Assembly: GCF_054482525.1 (NCBI RefSeq)
Contig: NZ_CM137006.1
Reading direction: 5' to 3' (one strand)
DNA: 64,000 bases
Notes under the pieces: generated by a model
The model's database searches: none
Seen by the model: the letters and a program-made list of their open reading frames with translations, nothing else
Told to the model about the DNA's origin: nothing
Part shown: one piece after another, positions 11,701-25,829 of the stretch
Numbering within the stretch: position 1 is the stretch's first letter
How the letters are laid out: every line of letters starts with the position of its first letter
Made by a program: the position numbers and the translations under genes

Positions 11701-11857
11701 TTGTAATCAGTGCTAATATATTGATCGAATGAATTAATAAAGCCGATATCAAAGATAAATAAAATCGCTCAAAACGATTTTTCCTGTATTCACTGCCATT
11801 GCGCAAAAATTATCTATTTGTTCAAAAAATGATTGAGTCTTGACTGGCTCATCCAAT

Positions 11858-12223
11858 GTGGAAAAATGTGACTTTTATCACATAATAGTACTAAGTCTGA
11901 ATTTTCCGGGTTATCTCAAAATGGAATACGGTTCGACAAAGATGGAAGAGAGACTCTCTCGCAGCCCTGGTGGCAAATTGGCTTTGTGGGCTTTCTATAC
12001 ATGGTGTGGCTATTTTGTCTGGGCAATGGCGCGTTACATCTGGGTGATGAGCCGGATCCCCGATGCCCCCGTGTCGGGATTTGAAAGCGATTTAGGCTCT
12101 ACCGCGGGAAAGTGGTTAGGGGCACTGGTCGGCTTTTTATTTATGGCTCTGGTCGGGGCATTGTTAGGCAGCATTGCCTGGTACACCCGACCTCGTCCCG
12201 CACGCAGCAGACGCTATGAATAA
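11858..12223 (+). CDS. yedR: Inner-membrane protein YedR
   Basis: Small ORF with two transmembrane segments; start uncertain (GTG 11858 gives 121 aa; ORF track begins at TTG 11840). Confidence 0.75.
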   Translation: MEKCDFYHIIVLSLNFPGYLKMEYGSTKMEERLSRSPGGKLALWAFYTWCGYFVWAMARYIWVMSRIPDAPVSGFESDLGSTAGKWLGALVGFLFMALVGALLGSIAWYTRPRPARSRRYE

Positions 12224-12262
12224 AAACTGCTAATGTTGCGACTCTTTGGCAACGGAGCGCGT

Positions 12263-12958
12263 ATGGACTTACAACACTGGCAGACACAGTTCGAAAACTG
12301 GTTGAAAAACCATCATCAGCACCAGGACGCGGCCCATGACGTGTGTCATTTTCGCCGCGTCTGGGCTACGGCACAGAAGCTGGCGGCAGATGACGATGTC
12401 GATATGCTGGTGATTTTAACCGCCTGTTATTTTCACGATATTGTGAGCCTGGCGAAAAATCATCCACAACGGCAGCATTCTTCAATCCTGGCGGCAGAAG
12501 AGACGCGTCGCCTGCTCCGTGAAGAGTTCGTGCAATTTCCGGCGGAGAAAATCGAGGCCGTTTGTCATGCCATTGCCGCTCACAGTTTCAGCGCGCAAAT
12601 CGCCCCCTTAACAACGGAAGCTAAAATCGTCCAGGATGCGGATCGGCTGGAAGCCCTGGGGGCGATTGGCCTGGCGCGCGTGTTTGCTGTTTCAGGGGCA
12701 TTGGGCGTGGCGCTGTTTGATGGTGAAGATCCGTTCGCACAGCATCGCCCGCTTGATGATAAACGCTACGCGCTGGATCATTTCCAGACTAAGTTGCTGA
12801 AGCTACCGCAAACCATGCAAACCGCAAGAGGCAAGCAGCTGGCGCAGCACAACGCGCAATTTTTAGTCGAGTTTATGGCGAAGCTCAGTGCCGAACTGGC
12901 GGGGGAGAATGAAGGTGTCGATCACAAGGTGATAGATGCGTTTTCACCCGCGGGCTGA
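12263..12958 (+). CDS. yedJ: HD-domain phosphohydrolase YedJ
   Basis: HD motif (CYFHDI) in the translation; start at the internal ATG giving 231 aa. Confidence 0.9.
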   Translation: MDLQHWQTQFENWLKNHHQHQDAAHDVCHFRRVWATAQKLAADDDVDMLVILTACYFHDIVSLAKNHPQRQHSSILAAEETRRLLREEFVQFPAEKIEAVCHAIAAHSFSAQIAPLTTEAKIVQDADRLEALGAIGLARVFAVSGALGVALFDGEDPFAQHRPLDDKRYALDHFQTKLLKLPQTMQTARGKQLAQHNAQFLVEFMAKLSAELAGENEGVDHKVIDAFSPAG

Positions 12959-13024
12959 GCGCGTGGCCCTAAATGGCTGTAATTATGTTAACCTGTCGGC
13001 CATCTCAGATGGCCGGTTAAATCT

Positions 13025-14443
13025 ATGCAGGAAAATATATCAGTAACCGATTCATACAGCACCGGGAATGCCGCACAGGCAATGCTGGAGAAACTGCTGC
13101 AAATTTATGATGTTAAAACGCTGGTGGCGCAGCTTAATGGTGTGGGTGAGAATCACTGGAGCGCGGCAATTTTAAAACGTGCGCTGGCGAATGACTCGGC
13201 ATGGCACCGTTTAAGTGAGAAAGAGTTCGCCCATCTGCAAACGTTGTTACCCAAACCACCGGCACATCATCCGCATTATGCGTTTCGCTTTATCGATCTA
13301 TTTGCCGGTATTGGCGGCATCCGTCGCGGTTTTGAATCGATTGGCGGACAGTGCGTGTTTACCAGCGAATGGAACAAACATGCGGTACGCACTTATAAAG
13401 CCAACCATTATTGCGACCCGGCGACGCATCATTTTAATGAAGATATCCGCGACATCACCCTCAGCCATAAAGACGGCGTGAGTGATGAGACGGCGGCGGA
13501 ACATATTCGTCAACACATTCCTGAACACGATGTATTACTGGCCGGTTTCCCATGTCAGCCATTTTCGCTGGCTGGCGTATCGAAAAAGAACTCGCTCGGG
13601 CGGGCGCACGGTTTTGCCTGCGATACCCAGGGCACGCTGTTCTTTGATGTGGTGCGCATTATCGACGCGCGTCGTCCGGCGATGTTTGTGCTCGAAAACG
13701 TCAAAAACCTGAAAAGTCACGATAAAGGAAAAACGTTCCGCATCATCATGCAGACGCTGGACGAACTGGGCTATGACGTGGCTGATGCAGAAGATAACGG
13801 GCCGGACGATCCGAAAATCATCGATGGTAAACATTTCCTGCCGCAGCACCGTGAACGCATCGTGCTGGTGGGTTTTCGTCGCGATCTGAATCTGAAAGCC
13901 GATTTTACCCTGCGTGATATCAGCGAATGTTTTCCTGCGCAGCGAGTGACGCTGGCCCAGCTGCTGGACCCGATGGTCGAGGCGAAATATATCCTGACGC
14001 CGGTGCTGTGGAAGTACCTCTATCGTTATGCGAAAAAACATCAGGCACGCGGTAACGGCTTCGGTTATGGAATGGTTTATCCGAACAATCCGCAAAGCGT
14101 CACGCGTACTCTGTCTGCGCGTTATTACAAAGATGGCGCGGAAATTTTAATCGATCGCGGCTGGGATATGGCCACGGGTGAAAAAGACTTTGACGATCCG
14201 CTGAATCAGCAACATCGTCCACGTCGGTTAACGCCTCGGGAATGCGCGCGCTTAATGGGTTTTGAAGCGCCGGGAGAAGCGAAATTCCGCATTCCGGTTT
14301 CGGACACTCAGGCCTATCGCCAGTTCGGTAACTCGGTGGTCGTGCCGGTCTTTGCCGCGGTGGCAAAACTGCTTGAGCCAAAAATCAAACAGGCGGTGGC
14401 GTTGCGTCAGCAAGAGGCACAACATGGGCGACGTTCACGATAA
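13025..14443 (+). CDS. dcm: DNA-cytosine C5-methyltransferase Dcm
   Basis: 472-aa ORF with FAGIGG SAM-binding motif and PCQ catalytic motif. Confidence 0.97.
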   Translation: MQENISVTDSYSTGNAAQAMLEKLLQIYDVKTLVAQLNGVGENHWSAAILKRALANDSAWHRLSEKEFAHLQTLLPKPPAHHPHYAFRFIDLFAGIGGIRRGFESIGGQCVFTSEWNKHAVRTYKANHYCDPATHHFNEDIRDITLSHKDGVSDETAAEHIRQHIPEHDVLLAGFPCQPFSLAGVSKKNSLGRAHGFACDTQGTLFFDVVRIIDARRPAMFVLENVKNLKSHDKGKTFRIIMQTLDELGYDVADAEDNGPDDPKIIDGKHFLPQHRERIVLVGFRRDLNLKADFTLRDISECFPAQRVTLAQLLDPMVEAKYILTPVLWKYLYRYAKKHQARGNGFGYGMVYPNNPQSVTRTLSARYYKDGAEILIDRGWDMATGEKDFDDPLNQQHRPRRLTPRECARLMGFEAPGEAKFRIPVSDTQAYRQFGNSVVVPVFAAVAKLLEPKIKQAVALRQQEAQHGRRSR

Positions 14444-14894
14444 GGCCACCCGCAGCAAAAATATGCGCGCGATTGCTACGCGTGATACGGCGATTGAGAA
14501 GCGCCTCGCCAGTCTGTTAACCGGGCAGGGCCTGGCATTTCGCGTTCAGGACGCGGATCTCCCCGGACGCCCGGATTTTGTCGTTGATGAATATCGCTGC
14601 GTGATATTTACCCACGGCTGCTTCTGGCATCATCATCACTGCTATCTGTTTAAAATGCCTGCGACTCGAACCGAGTTCTGGCTGGAGAAGATAGGTAAAA
14701 ATGTTGAGCGGGATCGCCGTGATATCAGTCGCTTGCAGGAGCTTGGCTGGCGTGTACTGATTGTCTGGGAGTGTGCGTTACGTGGGCGCGAGAAGCTGAC
14801 GGATGAAGCGCTTACCGAGCGTCTGGAAGAGTGGATCTGCGGCGAAGGTGCCAGCGCGCAGATCGACACGCAGGGGATTCATTTACTCGCTTGA
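14424..14894 (+). CDS. vsr: Very-short-patch repair endonuclease Vsr
   Basis: 156-aa product ([21 protein letters not shown]...); ATG at 14424 overlaps the last 20 nt of dcm in another frame. Confidence 0.95.
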   Translation: MGDVHDKATRSKNMRAIATRDTAIEKRLASLLTGQGLAFRVQDADLPGRPDFVVDEYRCVIFTHGCFWHHHHCYLFKMPATRTEFWLEKIGKNVERDRRDISRLQELGWRVLIVWECALRGREKLTDEALTERLEEWICGEGASAQIDTQGIHLLA

Positions 14895-15803
14895 TGCATC
14901 CTGAATAACTGGCGCAACTACGGGTTTTGCCGGGAAGAGATATTTTCCCAACGTGACCAGTACCACCGCGAAGACAATCACGCCGAGCGCCAGCCATTCA
15001 ATCTTCGACAGCGTCTCTCCGCCCAGTCCCGTACCCAGCAAGACCGCGACCACAGGGTTAACGTAGGCGTAGCTGGTGGCGAGAGCCGGACTGACGTTGC
15101 GGATTAAATACATATAAGCGTTAATGGCGATAATCGAACCAAACAGCGCCAGATAGCCGACCGCAAGGAAGCCTGAAAGGGAAGGGAGCGCCGTCAGTTT
15201 TTCACCCGCAATCATCGACGCGATCATTAACACCACGCCTGCCGCCAGCATCTCAATCGCACCCGCCATCATCCCTACAGGTAAGGTAATGCGCGAGCCA
15301 TAAACCGAGCCAAACGCCCAGCTAATCGAGCCGATTAAAATCAGAATCGCGCCCCACGGATTGCCGCTTAAATTTCCACCGCTATTGAGCATGATGATTC
15401 CGGCAAGCTCAATGGCGATACCCACCCATTCCAGTTTGCGCGTTTTAATGCCAAACAGGCGGCTGAAGCACAGGGTAAAAAGGGGCACGGTTGCAACCAC
15501 TACGGCGGCGATGCCGGAAGGAACATTTTGATGTTCGGCAACCGTCACCATGCCATTACCGACAGCCAGCAATAACAGGCCAATCAGCGCGGCATTGAGC
15601 AGCGGACGTAGCGGGGGGAGTTTGTGTCCGCGCAGTAGCAAAAATGCCAGCAATAAAATACCGGCTGCCAGGAATCGAACGCCCGCCATCATTAACGGAG
15701 GCCAGCTTTCCACGCCAATCCGAATGACAAAATAGGTTGAGCCCCAAATGATATACAACGCAAACAACGCGCCAAAAAGCGGTAACAACTGGCGGAAACG
15801 CAT
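14883..15803 (-). CDS. yedA: EamA-family (DMT) transporter YedA
   Basis: 306-aa ten-helix membrane ORF. Confidence 0.92.
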   Translation of the reverse strand: MRFRQLLPLFGALFALYIIWGSTYFVIRIGVESWPPLMMAGVRFLAAGILLLAFLLLRGHKLPPLRPLLNAALIGLLLLAVGNGMVTVAEHQNVPSGIAAVVVATVPLFTLCFSRLFGIKTRKLEWVGIAIELAGIIMLNSGGNLSGNPWGAILILIGSISWAFGSVYGSRITLPVGMMAGAIEMLAAGVVLMIASMIAGEKLTALPSLSGFLAVGYLALFGSIIAINAYMYLIRNVSPALATSYAYVNPVVAVLLGTGLGGETLSKIEWLALGVIVFAVVLVTLGKYLFPAKPVVAPVIQDASSE

Positions 15804-15975
15804 AATCCCTCACGGTGGAAATAAAAAGGTGGTTCATAGTAAACGTGAAAATCATTCTGCTGGCGAGAGATATAATTGCACTTGATTGTTAAAAAAATGT
15901 TGACCTGTGAAGCAAGTATCAGAGGTGCCGTTTTTGCTTCATACTTACACCCTTCAACAATAAAAATGAGAGGGA

Positions 15976-16893
15976 ATGCTTTTGGCCGGGAGTAGTTTAC
16001 TGACGTTGCTCGATGATATCGCCACACTGCTGGACGATATTTCCGTGATGGGCAAGCTGGCGGCGAAGAAAACCGCCGGTGTATTAGGGGATGACTTATC
16101 GCTCAATGCGCAACAAGTTTCAGGCGTGCGGGCCAACCGGGAACTTCCCGTGGTCTGGGGCGTGGCGAAAGGATCGCTGATCAATAAAGTGATTCTGGTG
16201 CCGCTGGCGCTGATCATCAGTGCGTTTATCCCGTGGGCGATTACGCCACTGTTGATGATTGGCGGCGCGTTTCTCTGCTTTGAAGGGGTAGAGAAAGTGC
16301 TGCATATGCTGGAGGCGCGTAAACATAAAGAAGATCCGGCGCAGAGTCAGCAGCGTCTGGAGAAGCTGGCGGCGCAGGATCCGCTGAAGTTTGAAAAAGA
16401 CAAAATAAAAGGGGCGATTCGTACCGATTTTATATTGTCTGCGGAAATCGTCGCCATCACGCTGGGGATTGTGGCAGAAGCGCCGTTGCTTAATCAGGTG
16501 CTGGTGCTTTCAGGCATCGCGCTGGTAGTGACCGTGGGCGTCTACGGTCTGGTAGGGGTTATCGTTAAGATTGATGACCTGGGGTATTGGCTGGCGGAAA
16601 AATCCAGCGCGCTGATGCAGGCATTAGGTAAAGGGTTATTGATCATTGCGCCCTGGTTGATGAAAGCGTTATCGATTGTCGGCACGCTGGCGATGTTCCT
16701 CGTCGGCGGCGGGATTGTGGTACATGGTATTGCGCCGCTGCATCACGCCATTGAACATTTCGCCGGGCAGCAAAGTGCAGTGGTGGCGATGATATTACCG
16801 ACTGTTTTAAATCTGATTCTTGGATTTATCATCGGCGGCATCGTGGTGCTGGGAGTGAAAGCAGTAGCGAAAATGCGCGGTCAGGCACATTAA
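15976..16893 (+). CDS. yedI: Inner-membrane protein YedI (DUF808)
   Basis: 305-aa membrane ORF. Confidence 0.9.
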   Translation: MLLAGSSLLTLLDDIATLLDDISVMGKLAAKKTAGVLGDDLSLNAQQVSGVRANRELPVVWGVAKGSLINKVILVPLALIISAFIPWAITPLLMIGGAFLCFEGVEKVLHMLEARKHKEDPAQSQQRLEKLAAQDPLKFEKDKIKGAIRTDFILSAEIVAITLGIVAEAPLLNQVLVLSGIALVVTVGVYGLVGVIVKIDDLGYWLAEKSSALMQALGKGLLIIAPWLMKALSIVGTLAMFLVGGGIVVHGIAPLHHAIEHFAGQQSAVVAMILPTVLNLILGFIIGGIVVLGVKAVAKMRGQAH

Positions 16894-16971
16894 TACTCGC
16901 ACTGGCTATTATGCAAAATTCGCCATCTTCAACTAAGGTGAACAAGTTTCACTCGAAAAAAGGAGGCGAGT

Positions 16972-17154
16972 ATGAGCTTTATGGTTAGTGAGGAAGTTAC
17001 GGTTAAAGAGGGCGGCCCGCGGATGATTGTCACCGGATACTCCAGCGGTATGGTTGAGTGTCGTTGGTATGACGGTTACGGGGTCAAGCGGGAAGCTTTT
17101 CATGAAACCGAGCTTGTTCCGGGGGAGGGGAGTCGTTCTGCGGAAGAAGTTTGA
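16972..17154 (+). CDS. yodC: Small protein YodC
   Basis: 60-aa ORF with a good GGAGG Shine-Dalgarno. Confidence 0.8.
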   Translation: MSFMVSEEVTVKEGGPRMIVTGYSSGMVECRWYDGYGVKREAFHETELVPGEGSRSAEEV

Positions 17155-17324
17155 AAGGGTATCATTAACACCAGGCCGGATCACATCCGGCCTGGTGTGC
17201 CAATGCCTGCAATGAATGATAGTCGCGTCTTATCATGCCACCATTATAAAATTATCGCTGTTTTGCGGTACGTTATCGCCGGGTTATGCCAGAATCATAA
17301 AAAAGCAGGTTGGGAGTCGTCAGG

Positions 17325-19849
<2,525 letters not shown>

Positions 19850-20028
19850 TTACCAGGATGATTCTTAAAACAGCACAAATTATCAAAGATGATTTTTTCG
19901 GGAGCGATCCCGTTGACGCCAGAGCCACCAAGGGGTGACGCGCGTCACATTTCTATTCATAAGTAGCGTTAATCATTCATATCACGAATATTTTCTTGTC
20001 AGCGAAAAAAATTGCGGATAAGGTGATG

Positions 20029-20116
20029 AACACATCAGATTTCCTGGTGTAACGAATTTTTTAAGTGCTTCTTGCTTAAGCAAGTTTCATCCCGACCCCC
20101 TCAGGGTCGGGATTTT
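20029..20116 (+). ncRNA. dsrA: DsrA small regulatory RNA
   Basis: Sequence AACACATCAGATTTCCTGGTGTAACGAATTTTTTAAGTGCTTCTTGCTTAAGCAAGTTTCATCCCGACCCCCTCAGGGTCGGGATTT including its terminator hairpin and U-run. Confidence 0.9.
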
Positions 20117-20128
20117 TTTATTGTGCAT

Positions 20129-20356
20129 TCAACGATTCACTTCAGAGACGCTGAAGTCATGAATATCCAGTTCGAAGGCATCCGCCAATTCACGCCATGT
20201 ATGATATTCACGTCCATCGACGCTAACGTGTTCAGAATCGTTCTGGCTGCGATGAACTTCGCTTTCGCTAATTTCATTGATCGCCGCCAGCAGGGCATCG
20301 ACATCGACGCTGACCTCACGTTTTGCGGTATCGCTGTACTCTTTTGCGGTTTTCAT
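20129..20356 (-). CDS. yodD: Stress-induced small protein YodD
   Basis: 75-aa product from the internal ATG (MKTAKEYSDTAKRE...). Confidence 0.8.
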   Translation of the reverse strand: MKTAKEYSDTAKREVSVDVDALLAAINEISESEVHRSQNDSEHVSVDGREYHTWRELADAFELDIHDFSVSEVNR

Positions 20357-20428
20357 CATCTTTCCTCGCAACCGTTACTCTGTTGTTGCCGCCAGTCGTT
20401 AAGTCCGCCTGGCATCTCTTAAGTATAG

Positions 20429-20707
<279 letters not shown>

Positions 20708-20750
20708 TCTAATTCAGCCTGACTGGTGGGAAACCACCAGTCAGAATGTG

Positions 20751-21374
20751 TTAGCGCATGTTGACAAAAATACCATTAGTCACATTATCCGTCAGTCGGA
20801 CGACATGGTAGATAACCTGTTTATTATGCGTTTTGATCTTACGTTTAATATTACCTTTATGCGATGAAACGGTCTTGGCTTTGATATTCATTTGGTCGGA
20901 GATTTGAATGGTTCCCTGACCTGCCATCCACATTCGCAACATACTCGATTCGGTTCGGCTCAATGATAACGTCGGCATATTTAAAAACGAGGTTATCGTT
21001 GTCTCTTTTTTCAGAATATCGCCAAGGATATCGTCGAGAGATTCCGGTTTAATCGATTTAGAACTGATCAATAAATTTTTTCTGACCAATAGATATTCAT
21101 CAAAATGAACATTGGCAATTGCCATAAAAACGATAAATAACGTATTGGGATGTTGATTAATGATGAGCTTGATACGCTGACTGTTAGAAGCATCGTGGAT
21201 GAAACAGTCCTCATTAATAAACACCACTGAAGGGCGCTGTGAATCACAAGCTATGGCAAGGTCATCAACGGTTTCAATGTCGTTGATTTCTCTTTTTTTA
21301 ACCCCTCTACTCAACAGATACCCGGTTAAACCTAGTCGGGTGTAACTACATAAATCCATAATAATCGTTGACAT
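20751..21374 (-). CDS. rcsA: Capsule-synthesis auxiliary regulator RcsA (LuxR-type HTH)
   Basis: 207-aa ORF matching RcsA. Confidence 0.95.
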
Positions 21375-21624
21375 GGCATACCCTCACTCAATGCGTAACG
21401 ATAATTCCCCTTACCTGAATATTTCATCATGACTAAACGGAACAACATGGGTCACCTAATGCGCCACTCTCGCGATTTTTCAGGCGGACTTACTATCCCG
21501 TAAAGTGTTGTATAATTTGCCTGGAATTGTCTTAAAGTAAAGTAAATGTTGCGATATGTGAGTGAGCTTAAAACAAATATTTCGCCGCAGGAGTATCCTG
21601 GAAGATGTTCGTAGGTATTATTTT

Positions 21625-21638
21625 TCGGATAATCCTTA
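21625..21638 (-). promoter_or_regulatory. RcsAB box upstream of rcsA
   Basis: Minus-strand TAAGGATTATCCGA matches the RcsAB consensus TaAGaatatTCctA. Confidence 0.5.
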
Positions 21639-21663
21639 GGATAACATGATAAACGTTACGGAA

Positions 21664-22449
21664 TTATATTAATGGCAATTCACTAATAATATCAGCCAGC
21701 AAATTAAACATCTCACTGAATAAATGTTCGCAAAAAGGCGCAATTAACGGCATTAATGCCGCCATTAAAGAGATACCGACAGTCAGAGTTAATGGAAATC
21801 CAATAACAAAAATGGATAATTGCGGGGCCATACGATTAAGTAAACCTAATGCCAGATTCAGGGTCAGCAGCAGAGTAATGAGCGGTAACGCCAGCATCAG
21901 CCCGTTAAGGAAAATCAAACTCCCTGCTTTGGTGAGTGCCAGAAACGCATTGCTGTTCAACGGTTCGCCACCAATTGGCAGGGTGTGAAAGGTATCGACC
22001 AGCAGTGAAATCAACCATAAATGACCGTTAAATGTCAGGAACAGCAATAATGCCAGCATATCCATGATACGCGCTAGAACGGGCATATTGAGATGGCTGG
22101 CCGGATCGACAAACGTCGCAAATGACAGCCCCATTTGCAGACCGATAATTTCGCCAGCGGTTCGTACAGCGGCAAAGGCAAATTGCATGGTAAAACCAAG
22201 CGCAATGCCGATCAGGATCTGCTGCACGGCCAGCCACAGAGCAAAGAACGAAAAAACAGGAACATCGTTGGCAGGTAATGATGGGGCAATAGCGAACGTG
22301 ATCATCATTGCCAGACCCAGTTTTACCCGTTTCGGCACGCTGCGTTCGCTCAGAATTGGCGCGGTAGAAATGAGCGCCAGCACGCGCAGTAACGGCCAGA
22401 AGTACAGACTTAGCCAGGAAAGCCATTGATCGCTTGTCACCTGCATCAT
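21664..22449 (-). CDS. fliR: Flagellar export apparatus protein FliR
   Basis: 261-aa polytopic membrane ORF in the fliL-R operon. Confidence 0.95.
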   Translation of the reverse strand: MMQVTSDQWLSWLSLYFWPLLRVLALISTAPILSERSVPKRVKLGLAMMITFAIAPSLPANDVPVFSFFALWLAVQQILIGIALGFTMQFAFAAVRTAGEIIGLQMGLSFATFVDPASHLNMPVLARIMDMLALLLFLTFNGHLWLISLLVDTFHTLPIGGEPLNSNAFLALTKAGSLIFLNGLMLALPLITLLLTLNLALGLLNRMAPQLSIFVIGFPLTLTVGISLMAALMPLIAPFCEHLFSEMFNLLADIISELPLI

Positions 22450-22457
22450 TGTACGGG

Positions 22458-22727
22458 CTACCCGATGATATACGGCAGGTTAGTGAACAAGGTGCGGACG
22501 TAATCCAGCAACAGATTGAGCATCCACGGTCCGGCAATAATAATGGCGATAAATACGGCGATGATTTTCGGAATAAACGACAGCGTCATTTCGTTAATCT
22601 GTGTGGCGGCCTGCAAAATACTGATGATAAGGCCCGTGACCAGCGCCACCAGCAACAGCGGGGCAGCCAGTGCCAGCGCGACTTTCATCGCTTCAGTCCC
22701 CATCATCATGACCGATTCAGGTGTCAT
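22458..22727 (-). CDS. fliQ: Flagellar export apparatus protein FliQ
   Basis: 89-aa two-helix membrane ORF. Confidence 0.95.
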   Translation of the reverse strand: MTPESVMMMGTEAMKVALALAAPLLLVALVTGLIISILQAATQINEMTLSFIPKIIAVFIAIIIAGPWMLNLLLDYVRTLFTNLPYIIG

Positions 22728-22736
22728 TTTGCCTCT

Positions 22737-23474
22737 CTAGCTGTAAAAGCTCTGCGCCAGCGAACCGACCAGCAATTGCCAGCCATCCACCAGTACAAAC
22801 AGCATCAGTTTAAAGGGCAGAGCAATAGTGGCTGGGGGAACCATCATCATCCCCAATGCCATCAACACGCTGGCAATCACCAGGTCGATAATCAAAAAAG
22901 GAATGAAAATCGTGAAGCCTATCTGAAATGCGGTTTTCAACTCGCTGGTCACGTAAGCCGGGAGCAAAATGCGCATCGGCACGGCTTCAGGTCCCTGCAA
23001 CGGGCCAGTATTTGCCAGTCTGGCAAACAACCCTAAATCCGCCTCACGGGTCTGACGCAGCATAAACTCACGCAGCGGCTGCGCCCCTTTTTCCAGCGCC
23101 TCCTGCATTGATATTTTCTCTTCGCTGAATGGCTGGTACGCATCGACATAAATTTTGTCGATCACCGGTGACATAATAAAAAAGGTCAAAAACAGTGCCA
23201 GCCCCAGCAATACCTGGTTAGGTGGCGCGGAGGGCGTTCCCAGCGCGTTACGCAATAAACCAAAAACAATGATGATGCGGGTGAAACTGGTCATCATCAG
23301 TAAAATTGCCGGAATAAACGTCAACGAGGTGATGAATACCAGCGTCTGCACCGGGAGCGACCAGCTTTGTCCACCGCCAGGCAGCGGCTGGCTGGTGATA
23401 CCCGGCAGTTGCGCGAAGGCGAGGGGCGTAATCAGCCAGAGAAGGACAGGTGCGACAGACAACAAACGACGCAT
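22737..23474 (-). CDS. fliP: Flagellar export apparatus protein FliP
   Basis: 245-aa ORF with signal peptide. Confidence 0.95.
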   Translation of the reverse strand: MRRLLSVAPVLLWLITPLAFAQLPGITSQPLPGGGQSWSLPVQTLVFITSLTFIPAILLMMTSFTRIIIVFGLLRNALGTPSAPPNQVLLGLALFLTFFIMSPVIDKIYVDAYQPFSEEKISMQEALEKGAQPLREFMLRQTREADLGLFARLANTGPLQGPEAVPMRILLPAYVTSELKTAFQIGFTIFIPFLIIDLVIASVLMALGMMMVPPATIALPFKLMLFVLVDGWQLLVGSLAQSFYS

Positions 23475-23839
23475 CAGGATCTCCCGCTACGCTTAAGCAA
23501 GTTTTTCATGACCGACTGAAAATCGGTCTGCGGTATCTCTTCCGTTGGTGCTGAAGGGGGAAGTTTATGCAGCAGATTGATTTGCCCAGCGGTAACGCCG
23601 AGCACCAGCCGTGCATCTTCCACATCGACCACCACGACCCGTTCACGCGCGCCCAGCGAAGCACTGGCGCTAATTTTCAGACCGTTAACGCCAGTGCGTT
23701 TCTGGGCAAATCCCAGCCGTTTTACCAGCCAGGCAGCAGCGAGGATCAGGGCAATAATGGCGATGAGTGCGCCGCTCACCTGCAGCAGTGGCGCAGCAGA
23801 AACCGGCGCGGAAGATTGCACAGTAGCGTGGTTATTCAT
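23474..23839 (-). CDS. fliO: Flagellar protein FliO
   Basis: Single-transmembrane ORF; start one codon inside the tracked ORF (MNNHATVQ...); overlaps the fliP start. Confidence 0.9.
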   Translation of the reverse strand: MNNHATVQSSAPVSAAPLLQVSGALIAIIALILAAAWLVKRLGFAQKRTGVNGLKISASASLGARERVVVVDVEDARLVLGVTAGQINLLHKLPPSAPTEEIPQTDFQSVMKNLLKRSGRS

Positions 23840-23841
23840 CA

Positions 23842-24255
23842 CTAACGGCTCAGGCGGCGCATCCGCTCAGACGGAGTAATGATATCGGTGATCCGCACGC
23901 CATATTTATCAGCGACTACGACAACTTCGCCCTGAGCAATTAAATAACCGTTGATCAGAATATCCAGCGGTTCGCCCGCCAGACCGTCCAGCGCCACGAC
24001 TGATCCTTGCGTCAGACGCAATAACTCTTTGATGGTCATTCGTGTGCGGCCCAGCTCGACGGTCAGCTTGACCGGAATATCCATAATCAGGTCGATATCC
24101 TGTAACGTTCCGCTGACATCACCACCGCCAAATTGCTGGAACACCGCGTCGGCAGCGCTTTTGCTGCTGGTTGATTTTTGTTCGCTCAACGCTTCAGCCC
24201 ACAGATCGTCCATTGCGCCGTTGTTGTCATCGGCCGGATTATTCATGTCACTCAT
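23842..24255 (-). CDS. fliN: Flagellar motor switch protein FliN
   Basis: 137-aa ORF. Confidence 0.95.
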   Translation of the reverse strand: MSDMNNPADDNNGAMDDLWAEALSEQKSTSSKSAADAVFQQFGGGDVSGTLQDIDLIMDIPVKLTVELGRTRMTIKELLRLTQGSVVALDGLAGEPLDILINGYLIAQGEVVVVADKYGVRITDIITPSERMRRLSR

Positions 24256-25256
24256 TTGGGCTGTTCCTCGTTCAGAGAATTTAAAATCGGGTTAATCAAA
24301 TGTTCTATCCGTAACGCATATTGACCGTTGAGTGTGCCGTACTGACTGGTCAGCACCGGGACGCCGTCAACATGGGCGATGATGCGGTCGGGTTTTTCTA
24401 TCGGCAGGACGTCGCCGGGTTTCAGTTTTAAAATCTGCGACAGGCGTAGCGAGATATCGGCAAAGTTGGCGACCAGCTCCAGCTGTGAATGCTGCACCTG
24501 GCGCACCAGGTTATCGCGCCAGTTCTGATCTTCATTACGCGAGTTTTCCAGCGGCGGGTTAACCAACAATTCCCGTAGCGGCTCGATCATGCTGAATGGC
24601 AGGCAGATATTAAATTCGCCGGTCAGGTTGCCAATCTCCACATGGAACGGCGTGTTAACCACGATGTCGTTCGGCGAGGTGGTGATATTGGTAAATTTCA
24701 CCTGCATTTCCGAACGTACGTACTCAACTTCCAGCGGATTAATCGCCTTCCAGGCATCGCTATAGCCTTCAAGCGCCAGCTTTAACATGCGGTTGATGAC
24801 GCGCTGTTCGGTATGGGTAAACTCGCGACCTTCCACTTTAGTCGGGAAGCGTCCATCGCCGCCAAACAGGTTATCCACGGCGATAAACACCAGACTCGGT
24901 GAGAACACCACCAGCCCTGTGCCGCGCAGCGGTTTCAGATGGATAAGGTTCAGGTTGGTCGGCACCGGCAGGTTGCGGGCAAATTCATGGTACGGCTGAA
25001 TGCGGATGGCCCCGACGGTTATATCCGGGCTACGGCGCAGCAGGTTGAACAGCCCCATACGAAAATGGCGAGCAAAGCGCTCATTAATGATTTCCAGCGC
25101 CTGCAAACGTTCGCGCACAACCCGTCGTTGGGTATTCGGATCGTACGGACGAATGTCACTTTCGCCGCTTACACTGGCTGTCGGTTCGTCTTTGACTTCG
25201 CTGTCACCATTCAACAGCGCATCAATTTCAGCTTGAGAAAGAATACTATCGCCCAT
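24252..25256 (-). CDS. fliM: Flagellar motor switch protein FliM
   Basis: 334-aa product from the internal ATG (MGDSILSQAEIDALLNG...); the ORF track extends further upstream. Confidence 0.93.
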   Translation of the reverse strand: MGDSILSQAEIDALLNGDSEVKDEPTASVSGESDIRPYDPNTQRRVVRERLQALEIINERFARHFRMGLFNLLRRSPDITVGAIRIQPYHEFARNLPVPTNLNLIHLKPLRGTGLVVFSPSLVFIAVDNLFGGDGRFPTKVEGREFTHTEQRVINRMLKLALEGYSDAWKAINPLEVEYVRSEMQVKFTNITTSPNDIVVNTPFHVEIGNLTGEFNICLPFSMIEPLRELLVNPPLENSRNEDQNWRDNLVRQVQHSQLELVANFADISLRLSQILKLKPGDVLPIEKPDRIIAHVDGVPVLTSQYGTLNGQYALRIEHLINPILNSLNEEQPK

Positions 25257-25260
25257 GTCG

Positions 25261-25725
25261 TTATCGCAGAATAAAAGCGGTATACAGCACGTCGGTGACA
25301 TCCTGTTTCGGTTGCCCGGCAACAAGCGGGGTGGAAAGTGTGGTTTTAATCTCGGCAATCAGTTTTTTCTTGCCTTCTTCTGTCGCCAGTACGGCAGCAT
25401 CCTGACGCGAAAACAGTAACAGCAAACGGCTACGGACTTCCGGCAAATACTCACTCAGCCGCGAGCGGGTAGCTTCATCTTTCAGTCGCAGGGTTATGCC
25501 GATATAAAGCACGCGATCCGCATCGCCCAGATTGACCGTAAAGGTATCCAGCGCATAGAAGACCGGGGAGGGCACGACGCGTTGCTGTGCTTTGTCTTCA
25601 GCGGCAACCTGATGCGAATGCCAGTAGCTGTAACCTGCGCTGGCACAGGCCGCGAGGGTAATGAATACCAGAATCGGGATCCAAAGCGATCGCTTGCTTT
25701 TCTTGCTTATCGCGTAATCAGTCAT
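25261..25725 (-). CDS. fliL: Flagellar basal-body-associated protein FliL
   Basis: 154-aa single-transmembrane ORF. Confidence 0.95.
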   Translation of the reverse strand: MTDYAISKKSKRSLWIPILVFITLAACASAGYSYWHSHQVAAEDKAQQRVVPSPVFYALDTFTVNLGDADRVLYIGITLRLKDEATRSRLSEYLPEVRSRLLLLFSRQDAAVLATEEGKKKLIAEIKTTLSTPLVAGQPKQDVTDVLYTAFILR

Positions 25726-25829
25726 GTGTTGCGGTCTTCCTGTGTCGCTACTGCTTATCGGCTAATTATCCTGCGTCTTGAGCGCAACAAAGCGGGGAAA
25801 AGACGCGGATTACGGTGCTACCTCTGACG

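Noticed and set aside
13535-14095. 186-aa minus-strand ORF
   Set aside because: Entirely antisense within dcm.
22434-23036. 200-aa plus-strand ORF rich in His/Gln/Arg
   Set aside because: Antisense to fliQ and fliP; low-complexity translation.
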